From: Tubiluchus corallicola
Lineage: Eukaryota; Animalia; Priapulida
Reading direction: 5' to 3'
Length of the DNA: 64,000 bases
NCBI GenBank assembly: GCA_030141605.1
Contig: JAQGDQ010000160.1
Span: 408,904 to 472,903 of the forward strand
Shown one piece after another: positions 26,201 through 38,300 of this stretch; positions within the stretch are counted from its first letter, which is position 1; every line of letters begins with the position of its first letter. The notes below the pieces were generated by a model. That model had not been told where the DNA came from. It did no database searches and saw only the letters and a list, made by a program, of their open reading frames with translations. The position numbers and the translations under genes were made by a program.

Positions 26201-29200
26201 CTGTATGGCTGTTGTTCTTACACTTCTACATTGAGCCCCATAATTTCTCTAAATTTTATCACTTGTCTGATCCAAACATTCACTCTTACTAGTGTGCCCG
26301 TGTTTACTGAACATAGATCTTCTTCGTTCACTACATGATTTCCAAACACTTTTTTAACTACTTCACATTTCAGCAGATGCTCAGTCACACAGTGGACACA
26401 TTAAATCAACATTACACTTTAATTTGATCATATTTAGTTTCCATTCAGTAATTTCATATACAGTTTTTTCATCACACTCCATCACATAATTTATTGCATA
26501 TTCCCAATTTTCAGTATTTTTCACAAATCTCAGTTTTGTCATATCATCACATTTTTTCACAGCTTCAACTTCTAGATACTGTTTAACAGCTTTTTTAATT
26601 TCTTTTTTCCATTGTATTTGTATTATTTCAACATTTATATCTAAATCATACATACTTGTAATTTCTCTAATTTCTGTCTCCTAGCTTCTGGGAATGTTTC
26701 TGTCCCATATACTCGACATCACCTTTTTAGCGTCTCTTTTACTTTCAGATATCAGCACACTTCGGTACCACATTAATTTTTTATAGTGTATTATTTGTCT
26801 CAATGGTCAGACTCCACAAGTCATCATTAGGCCCAGTAACTTGTAGACATTTTTTGCTTCATCATACACCTTAGGGCTTCTTTTTGCCAACTCTTTTTCT
26901 TCATAGTTTGTTTCTGTTAATTTACCCCACACCTCATATGGAAAATTAAACTAGGAATCATTGTTCTCTTGTACAATAACCGTCTTACTTTTATAGCTTC
27001 AATTCCTACATCGTCAGAACTACTCCAATTCATAATTTCATATATCATATGTTCCACTTTCTTACTTCTTTTCTCTACAGACATGTGATAACTTCCTGTT
27101 TCGTTGATATAGTCACCTAAGTATTTATAATGGCTGAGTTTATTAATTTTTCCTTTGTTAATACACATATTACATTCGTCAAACCTTCGATCTGCCTTTC
27201 GATTGCACAAAAGTAGACCTACAGTATATCTCTGTGAAAATTCCTGTGGCATTAATTGAAAACGTCGTCAGCAATACAAGCCGCAAAAGTGTGGGTCTTA
27301 GTAACAAAAGTTCTTTTCTAGTAAAACAAGTCCGATAAAGTAACTTCATTCTGCTAGAAGAATTAATGAATTTGTAAACACAGAGAAACTCACTGAAGCA
27401 TAACTGTAATGCTAGTGTGACAGTTTTTAGTGACAGGTTCATTTTATCAGCCTTGACAAAAAATATGTGAACTTCATGGACACAGAGACTATAACATATT
27501 AGCTGTAGAATTACTGATTAAACATAATGAACATTTTTAACTTTGTCGTGTTTCAGTCAGTTAAGTCAGTGAAACTTTTAATATCAACCAGAAGTTTAAC
27601 TGTTGTTCGTTAGCTTTTGTTTTTACATTTCACAGCAGTATTATTAAAATATTAGGATTAAATAAAATTCTTGTGGTGAGTTGGACTGAAATAAAAATTA
27701 ATGATAATAATACATTTATTATTAACATATTATTATACACTTTTACAAAATAAAAAAGTAACGATATAATGTGGTTCGATTACAAAATAACTATTTATTG
27801 TGTTATTTCCATCAAGGTTATTCTGACACTCATTCTATTACAAAGTTGAAAAAGTATATGTAGTACAAAATAATCTAGCACAACGCTCTTTGTGCTCACA
27901 AATTACCAAATATATTGAGCTCACTGTTTATGGTGTAAGGATTAACAATTAACAATTTACAATTGTCAATTTACAATTTAAAATGTCTTGTTTTTTACTA
28001 AATAGTCAAAATTCAGGAAGAAGAAACATCATAAATAAAATTTTAGCCCAAAAAATTGCATTACGTAATGTAATTGTGATATTTTTATTGAAATGGATAG
28101 AAATCTCGAGATGACTAAACTGCATCGATAAACTATGCACTTAGGCTTAAAATGAAACAAATTAAAAAAGACACTACAAAAAACTGCATCTGACTAAATC
28201 TGTCCGAAGTGTAAGCACAATATTTTTAACACTAGAGTTCGTCATGTTCTAAACTCACGTTTCAAAGCAAACAGCTGAGAAATTATCACACACAGATCAA
28301 GTTGTGGCAATTTGTAGGCGTGAATCCAGCTTTTTTAGATTGTGCTTTCATTGCTTCAATAATTTTCTCATTTTGCTCATTGGAATCAAAGTAAAAGTTT
28401 TCGGTTTCGTATTCCGACACTTTACGTCTGACTGCTGCATCGAATGGCCCATCTATAATTGCTGAATCCTAGTATAACACATTCCACGGCTGTTTTTCAA
28501 TAAGAACAATCACGATGACAGAAACCGAGCAAATCACGCATTCAATCCACAATAGGATAATCTTTAGCGATACAGTGTTACCATCACAAGGTATAAACTG
28601 CATAAAAGTACTGTATGCTGACGCTGCTTACTAGTGTAAACAAATACTCAAACAATGTTGTGTACAGTGCATGCAGCGTAGGCATTCTCCCCTTGTGATT
28701 TATGCCAAGTTTCACCTGTAATACGGCAATTTTCGCCACTAGAGGCGCAGGCGCATGTCCACGCTCAATGGTGGTTTAGTCAAATGTTCGTTTTGTATAC
28801 AATTTTATCTGAACTTTTGCCAAGGATTCTTAAACATGAAATTTTCGTGAAGAATAAGGTATGTATTTGTATTCGCAATGTAATCGCGAGTTATTCAAGC
28901 TCAACTTAATTTTGGCGATATTCCCCCTTTAAGCAAAGTCAAAATTTTAAGCAAGTGGAAGTAACAGGAGAAACATAGACAGAAATAAAAGAACTGCAGG
29001 AATATTGGTTATCATCTTCAACAGCCATAAGAACCAGTCTCTTTGAATGCTTTCATTCAAATTTTCTCCTAAAAATTATTTGTGGCTTTGGCACACCTTA
29101 TCGAAATGTCGGCTTTATTCGTAGACATTTAGTAAAACTACGGAAAAAACAGACTTGGCCCTACCCGGACATTTCTAGCCACAAAAGCGTAAGTTACTGT

Positions 29201-32200
29201 TTGTCTAAAATACCTAAATAAAAATCAGATATGGACTGATTATATATCGAGTAAAATAGCTATGGGAAATTTTGATTGCATTTATTATTTAACACACACC
29301 CAGCAAGCAGCCACTAATTTAGGCAAACATTACCAAAACTTAAGTTTATAGGACATGGGCAAGCTACCAAAAGCCACATCGAGCACCTGTTAAAACAAAT
29401 AATAATTAATAGCTAACCTGTATATGAAAGAATGGATGTTCCAATGCTTCTTTTGCCGTAAGTCGTTTACTAGGATCAACTAAGAGTAGCTTTCGTATCT
29501 GGAATAACAGAAATACACAGATTTACATAAAAAAAATGAAAACACATAAAGTAGTATTCATAATATTAAATTGCCATACAGGTGATGTGGTGATTTAAAA
29601 GCTGTTAAAATTTATGATTATAAATAAATATTAACACCTTTGAAATCATCTCAATAGCCACTTATTTTATTTGCATAAACTTAAGGAATGCAAGTCTATT
29701 AACACTTGTAACAATACAATGCAACAGTTTCTATTAAAACAAGACAATAAATAGAAAATAAAATAAACATAGTACAAATAAATGACAATATAAAAAACGT
29801 GCCAAGAAATACTCTAAAGCACGAATTAACCCAAAATGTAACAGGAAGAGAAAGAATGTCATTTGTTACAGATACAAACAAATGATTTGCTATTCAGAAA
29901 ATGGCAAAGAAACCGCAAAAAACATCAAATCATTTGTTTCTGTACCAACATGGGGGACAACCAACGAGATTGGCAACATTTTCGGAATTCATATGCCATT
30001 CAGATGAAGTCAGCCACAAAAACTTTGAGAAATTTAAGATAAGCAAGAATAAAAATGCTGCACGCATTTCAAACAAAGTTTTTGAATTTGTCTACCATTC
30101 ACAAAAGTGTGTATTAAAAATATGTTCAATCTCTATGGGTTTCCTGATTTTTTTAGTGTTTTTTTACAGTGTAGGCTGTTAGTTTACTAATCACAATGTT
30201 CTTCAAATAGACATTGATTAGCCACATAAAAATAACTTACAACGTCTTTCGGCGGATCACTGATGTCATCCCATTCGGGACCAAAATGATATTTTCCCTC
30301 CATAATAGACCGCAACATCACCATTTGTTTTCTGTGCCAAAATGGAGGACAACCAACGAGACTGAAAAAGCAAAAGTTTCTTAATTAACATTCTTATTCG
30401 CAATTGGAAACTGTGGTAAATTTAAAATAACAACCATAGCAATAAACTATATCATGCAGGAATAGGTACATATTTAAATCAATGATCTGTATTGAAAAGT
30501 TCTGCTAAAGTAGCACACAAAATCATTGAACACTAGAAATTACATGACAATAATAAATTACTCTTTCAAACCAAAGACGTCAAACTAAGAATTTTCAAAA
30601 GAAAAGCAATAACACTTTTCCTCCATCTAGACTAGAATACATGCAAACTGGTAATAACACTAGTAGCTGAACAAATAAAGTCAAGAAGTTAGTGGGTATT
30701 GCAGCAGTATTAATCATTTGATGTTTTTGGTTTTGTAAAAATGTGTTTCCTAAGAAAATCTGTATGCTTGCCTGTTGTAAATTATTAAACTACTACAGGT
30801 GAATTTAAGCATGTCAATAAACTTTCACAGGAGAATAACTTAAATATTCTGTAGTGAGCTATGCTAACCCACCCATTTTGTAATAAGCTATTAAAAACTA
30901 ATTTTCAACCTTGATTTATGAGAAGTTTGATTTATGATTTAAACCTTGAACAACAGTGGAAAGCTTTTGTCAGTACAAAAATTGCATTTACTTTCCACAT
31001 AATCTTCAAACTTTCATATCAAGCTGTATATCAGATTTTAACGACCGAAACGGTATTATTCGCCAGGTGTCAGTATCGTCAGCAAATTGGCAATTCATCT
31101 TATTTATATGGAAATTAACTGAATTCAGGGCTGAATTTCTAAAGTATGTAAACGAGTTTTCAGAAATCTCTACATTTCACATGGATAATGTGCGAGAATA
31201 CGAATTTTCTCTTGCTTTTTAATGGAGGAAATTAATAAAAAAAATAGGGTTTTTAAATTACCCTGTGTATAAATGGCCAATAAAACAGTACTAACTATAA
31301 AACACCATTTCACTACTAAATGAACCAACTAATTTCAAAGACATCAATTTATACTCACAGTGTATACATTATGACACCGCATGCCCACCTATCAGTAAAA
31401 AACAGATAAATTTATAATAAACACGATGTATGAGTTTATATTAACTATTAATTTTCTATTCATTTTTCAAGTGTCGCAAAATGCAATGTACAGACAGCAT
31501 TAAAAGCAACCGTGATATGTTGCTAGAACATTTTTTAAGTTAGTCCCAGTGACAATACCGGGATTTAGTCAAAACCATCAGAAATCTGTAAATTCAATTA
31601 TTTCTCATCAAAATAATACTGCAAAATTTATAATTTTTCAATTACTTGGTATTGCTATCACAGCAGCCTGACAATATAAATTTTCACAAAAAAATCTGCA
31701 ATTTTTATCTGCAGAAAGAGAAAAGTGAAATAAAATTTCGTAAGAAAATTCGTGAAATTGTAAAACTTGAAATGCTGTGGACAAGCAACGTAAAAAATCT
31801 TTCATTTTATAAAAATTCGTTCTGTTCGTTTGCTGTTAGGAAAAAGAAGCAAATTTAAGAAAAGTTCCCGATGTAAATTTTTTATTTATGAAAAATAGTA
31901 AAAAACAAGTATAAAATACAGTAGGAGCAATTTATTAGACTCAAAGTTAATAGAATAAGTCGTCCAATTTACCCGAAAACACATGGTACAGGCCACTCCT
32001 ATTTAAACATGTGCAAAAACTATTACTTCAAATAACTACGCATTACTGACTCAATATTTTTGCTTCATGTGCTTAAAATAAGACAAAATCATTTTATGTC
32101 TGTGACCAAAGAGCTTTTACCGTGTTGTCATCTTCACTTCCGTTTTTGACGCTACAATGTACGTAGAAGAATCATATTAAGTATAATTGTAAGCTGGTAC

Positions 32201-35200
32201 ATTTATCACGTGCTAATATGCTAGCATAGCAGTTTTGTTTTGAATCTGTCACTTGCTTATCTGCTGCAATTAACTTCATTGTTTTTGGAAACTAAAACTA
32301 AACATGTAATAATTTGCCCAGTGGTTTGCTTTTGAAGCTCTCTTTCCATTTTCAGACGAGCAAACATAGGCATTACAAACTGCGACTCGAGCACATTAGG
32401 TACTAGTGTTTTGTGTGAAAATGTGCAGTATGTAGCAACAGAATATTGTAGTAATGTGTTTGGATTGTAATGAGGCAGGAATGTCATGCTTTTCACTAAA
32501 ATCTGATGTTACACTTTTAAAATGAAGCAAATGAAAAATAAACTTTTTACTTTAAGCTTAACGCTTTGGGTTAAAGTCTAAATTCTTGATACAAGAAAAC
32601 AAATATCGAATATCCAGATATGCCAGTTAAACTTTTATTTATCACCTTTATTTTGCCAAGAAAGAAACAATCAATTAAGTTCAATCAACAACAATCAGCA
32701 AAATTGGGCAATAATTAGGTCCAAGGTAAGCAATTTTTGAAGCACGTGATTTTATGAAAAATTTCGAGTCACCTCATTAACAATGTAATTCTCAGAAAAT
32801 GGGAGAGATAAATGCCATGTCTTATCAATAAACCACTTACATGTCAATTTCTTTGCCATAACCAGGAGAATTTTCATACATTGATGCACGAAGCACTTCT
32901 GGGGCCAGATAACCAGGTGTTCCACATAGATCTGAATAACAGCAATTAAAGACAATGAATATTTATCTATGGGTTGACAGTTATGGATAGAAAAACACTA
33001 CTATGTTCATATGTTAAGGATCAAATGCAAAGTAGTTTAATGATGCATGATCTACTAATCATTGTTCTTGCTTAAATATGACGTATTAGTATGTTCATTC
33101 AAAGGGTATAACAGTAATAATAACTGTTTGAAACACCATAATTAAACTAACATGATATATGTTTAACCTCTCCATTCAACACCCTACGTACTGAATAATA
33201 GTCATTTTTCTCATTTTTAAAGGACAAGAAAATGGGCAACTGAATTAGGTTTCAGAAAAATCACTTTAAAAAATTCTACTACTTTTACAGCAATTTTTTG
33301 CACATATCGTATTCGTGTTGAAAGGAATTTTCAATTGTTTTCATTTTAAATTTCCCGCAATACAAGTTCCAACGGCCCTTACATGACGGCACTACGCCAC
33401 GTAAATCAGGAGAAGAAAAGGCAATGTTAAATTATGAACCAAAAAGCTTTCCGTGCAAACCTATATTACTTAGCATTTCACTTACGTAAAGGAAAGACTT
33501 ACGTAACTAGACTAATAATTTAAAATGTTTGTTCCAATTGGTAAAATGTCGCTGACTCACCCTCCGGGGTGGGCCACTCACTAGCCAAAAAAATATTTTT
33601 AATCTTATTGACAAGATACAGTACTTTAAAGTTCTACTTAATTAGCAACATGTATGATACGAATGCTCTAATTAATTTTTCAAACTTTACTTGATGTTGC
33701 CAAAACTTGTTTCAAACGACCTACCATTAAAATGGCTGCACCTAACGGTCCTCGCAGGAGTTTAAATTTACACATTTTATACAGCGTTACGGCCAATGCA
33801 AGCCATGCTCACGAAAAGGTAGTATGTAAGTGGTATAAAATTTCGAGACAATTTTTTAAGCTTTACGTAAGTAAAGGGTTTTCTTATGCTTAAAAGTAAG
33901 AAAAGCATCATTCAGGTTTACATCAAAACTTTGAGTTGATAATAGCACAACTAAAACAATTGTACAATACCTGAAAGGGTTTCATTTTCTTCTAAAATTG
34001 TTGCAAAACCAAAATCTGTTAATTTAACATTTCCTGCATCGTCGAGAAGAATGTTTTCAGGCTATAACGACAAATTAATTGTACTATAAATTATTAACGA
34101 AAAGATCTGCTAACAGATTCCAAAAAGCAAAAACGCAATGTCAATTATTAATGTCAAAGAACTGATCAATCAGATTTCTTTTTGAACAGTTCAAATTTAC
34201 TCAGCTGCCATTCAGAATATGAAATTAATTACCAAAGCTTATAAACTAGACTGTATTTATATATAAGAACTAGACAATTATTTACATCAGATGACAGTGG
34301 TGACATTTGGAATGTGTGGTAAATTAAATTAGCAACAGTACCACCGACAGCTAAAGTTGTTAGTAATACTAAACCTCGCAAACTTGCATAAAGCAGCTCG
34401 AATTAGCCAATAACAGCCAATATCACAAGTTAATAAAATGGTCATGTGCATAATGCTAGCTTGACAAAACTGTTTTGCCATTATTCACATTCTTTTTGAA
34501 AAGTGAACAAAGTTGTTTTTTGTTATGCCTACACAATGATCAATTAGCAGTTTGAGCAGTGAGTATAGGTGGTAGTTGAAAAAAGAGATAAACATCAAAC
34601 TACTTTAAACTATTGACGTAGTCAAACATAAAAAAAGTTGTAAGACGCTAAATATACTCACAATCACCAACATTCTCAGACTTACTTTTAAATCCCTGTG
34701 CACAATATTTTTATTGTGAATGAAAGCTACAGCTTCTAATAACTGTCGCATTATAACTCTGAAAAAGAAAAAGTCATGAAATAATCACGTGAAATGCTAA
34801 AAATTTTAAAAAACAAAAATTTTACAATGTTAAAAAGTTTCCTTGAAGACAAAAAACAGTTTACAGATTTACAGAGATAAAGCTACAAACATTAGAATCT
34901 ACAGCTTCTAATAACTGTCGCATTATAACTCTGAAAAAGAAAAAGTCATGAAATAATCACGTGAAATGCTAAAAGTTTTAAAAAACAAAAATTTTACAAT
35001 GTTAAAAAGTTTCCTTGAAGACAAAAAACAGTTTACAGAGATAAAGCTACAAACATTAGACAGCACACAAGTACCAAAAAATCAAATTTGAGAAGAATTA
35101 AGTAAAATTACAAAATTTGAAACATTTAAAAAGGAACTCAGGGAACTATTTAAAAATAGTTCTTAGCTACAATGTATTTTATTTTCTATTTTAATCTAGC

Positions 35201-35243
35201 TTTACAACAATGCTTTTATATAATATTAATCAGAATATTTTTC

Positions 35244-35306
<63 letters not shown>

Positions 35307-38300
35307 ATTATATACTATGTGTACTTATATACTATATATTTATGGGGACTGCATATGTAACGTGAAAATAAATAAAATAATTTATATTAATGTTCATTGG
35401 TCTGAGACTGCATGAGCTCCCATTTTTAATTTTGAGAATCAGACAGAGAGAGACAGTGTATTGTAAAAACAATTCAACATCTGTGCTTAGGTTATATTGT
35501 GCTGAGTGAGCCCCATACTGTCTTGTTTAGATGAAAACTGTTATAACAAACCTAGTTTTCTTTTCAGACAAAGCTACCACTCTAGTTAAGTAATCAAATA
35601 ATTCGCCACTGTTACATCTGCAAAAAAAGGAAAAAAATTAAGGAAAAGGATAACCCAATTAATAGAAAGCATGAATTGCCTTAGCAGAAACAGGACCTGG
35701 TCCATACTCTTTAGGATTAGGTTATGGAATTGGACATGGACTGAATTCTAGTTCGCAACAAGTTAAATAGTGGTTTAGGTTTCTGTCATGGCTAGCTACT
35801 AAAATGCTTAATTGCATATAAAAAACATTTAATCCGAAAAAAATCTTGATAAAAACTTCTTGATCTGTAAATAGTATAAACAATTAATGTATTTAGTAAC
35901 AACTTTGCAGTGTAAGACTCAGGACAAATTATAATAAATCGAAAAAATATTATTTCAATTCAACAGACAACTACACTCTGGTAAAAATACTTCAAATTTC
36001 GATTATAAAAGATAATAAGCTCTGGAAATTTGTTTAGCCAATGCTGTTAAGTATTTCATACACTTCATAATAACAGAAGAGTAATAATGCACACCAAAAA
36101 CTTTTAAAGAGGATAAATGTAAATTAGTACTTACAGCTCAAAAATAAGAAAGATGAAGGTAGGAAGTTCAAAGAAAGCATCATGTAATTCAACTGAAAAA
36201 ATAAAATAGCAGAACATAGTGGTTGGTAACTTGTTCAGATCTAAGACTTGGGTTCGAACTTCGGGGAAAGAACAAAGTTTGTGAAGCTCTCTAATTTATT
36301 TTTATTTGATTATAAATAGTTATAAATATTAAGGTAAGATGTTCAAACAAGCTGTTATTTTTTCACACAGTACACTTTTGCAGAAAATAAATTGAGTTTG
36401 CAAAAGCATTTAATATGGAAAAACCATTTACGCACATCAAGTATAGCCATAATAAAATTGCACAAATCATCAATCGATTACATAGAACATTTCATAAGTC
36501 ACTCACAAACTTGATTTTCAGTTTTCTTTACATCTGATTGACCAACAATTTTCTTCTTGTGGCAATTTTTTTACTAAGAATTTGAAATTTTTCCTCTGCT
36601 ATCATGCTCACTCTAAAGCAGGGGATATAGATAAGAACATCATACATATAAGTAAATTTAAATGGCTACAAATAGGCTTGTGAAAGCAAGTTTGATGCCA
36701 CTAACATTCTTGTGAGCCACAGACTCAGCAACCACATTGTAGTTTGATTCCTGGTGTAAGTTATATTATATAATTTTAAATAATTTTATGTTTCTGATGT
36801 TTCAGAGAATGACTACAGATACTTTCAATTTGTTTCATTTATTACACACTGTTTACTTTCAACTACACTCCAACACCAATGCTCCCTTTAAATATTCAGG
36901 CTATAAATTCTGAAGAAAAAATGATCAACACTAAAGTGAAATAAAAAAAGGCTTGTAACATTCGAACAAGTAAGAACGTTCAAGTGCATTTCTGTCTGGG
37001 TTTAAATTCTGGTTTCTAAATGAAGTTGACAGATTTTTGATAGCCATCAAATGATACCTTACAGTTACTCAAATGTAATTGGCCACAACATTGTTGCAAA
37101 TAAAACCCAGTCTTTCTAGCTTCCTGAGTTCTGCTGGAAACAATTCCAGGGCTTCTATTCAATTTAGCAGATTGCTTAGAAACCAAGAAAGTGCTCCACA
37201 CTGGAGTAAACAAGGCATTTTGAAAGACTCTTGATAGAAATTTTAGCTAATTTGTGGCATCCATGTAAACCTATAGACATAGGACCTGTAGATTATGGTT
37301 TTATCATTAATTAATGTTGTCAACAGAACTGAATTAATTCAGGTGAAAATCTGTGAGCATGACCATGTCTATCACTTGACACAATGTGAATAAATTCTGG
37401 CATGTTTATCACTTGACTATGTCTGGGCCAGCAGTTACTTTCGTGAGCCTAATTTTTGACGTTTTGCTCCTACCTCGGTTAAACAATCCCAGGTATTTTA
37501 ACTATTACCATGATCAGCAAGTTTTGTGACTCTACATATTATAGTTCTTGAGTTATTCAATGTTATGAGTAATATAATACGCCTAACAAAATAATAAGAA
37601 CACATGTAATAATGAAAACGATGACGATGATAATGATAATAATAATAATAATAATAATGAGAAGACATAGACATTTTATTTATCTGAGTAGCAGACAAGT
37701 AGAAAAGAAGCACAAGAAATCAGGATATAGGCGCTTTTAAGATCTCTGCTCGTAGATAAAGACATCAGGCTAGTTACCATAAGTGAGTGTGAAAATAATC
37801 CGTATCATTAAACACTACGTTTAAAGCAACAGGCAGTTAATAAATTGTAACTTTTTAGCTGAGTGATAAAGCATGTAACTGGCTAACAGGTAGAAACTGC
37901 GAAACAAATATGTGATATATGGTGGGATGTTGAATACTACTCACACAAGTTCAAACAGAGGCCGAAAGGCCAGAGAGCAGGAGTTGGCTGAGTGCCAAGT
38001 ACCAACTGCCAAGTCTGCTGTTGTGATGTTTGCTTTTTCACTAGCAGTTTGGCATACAGTAATACAAGTCACAAGTATTTATCATCTGCTATTCAAGATT
38101 ACCAATATTTAGCAATTTTTATTTGGTTAAGTTTCGTTTCAAAAATTTAATTGTAGATTCGCTGCATCATCCTCACTCAATGAGAAAAACAGCCAAAGAT
38201 AAAAATGATAGGGAAAACGTTACAAAAGCACTTTTCTCTGGTGGTCACTCATTCATTTCCTTAACCAAGCCTGGTGCTACTCAACTTTATAACCATGCAC

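Noticed and set aside
28680-28932. Kolobok-like MITE ends (ttaaagg..) here, at ~25679 and at ~1938
   Set aside because: Only one end is recognisable in each case; TIR pairs could not be verified, so they are not listed as features.
36135-36192. One-residue insertion (DAFFE) and, at 30241-30361, one-residue deletion (FGPEW) relative to vertebrate PhK-gamma as signs of a pseudokinase
   Set aside because: Catalytic Lys, alphaC Glu, HRD, DFG and APE are intact, and the activation-loop acidic residue is kept as Asp.
36216-36268. tRNA-like segment with ggttcgaac B-box
   Set aside because: No acceptor stem or anticodon arm could be folded; more likely a SINE relic.
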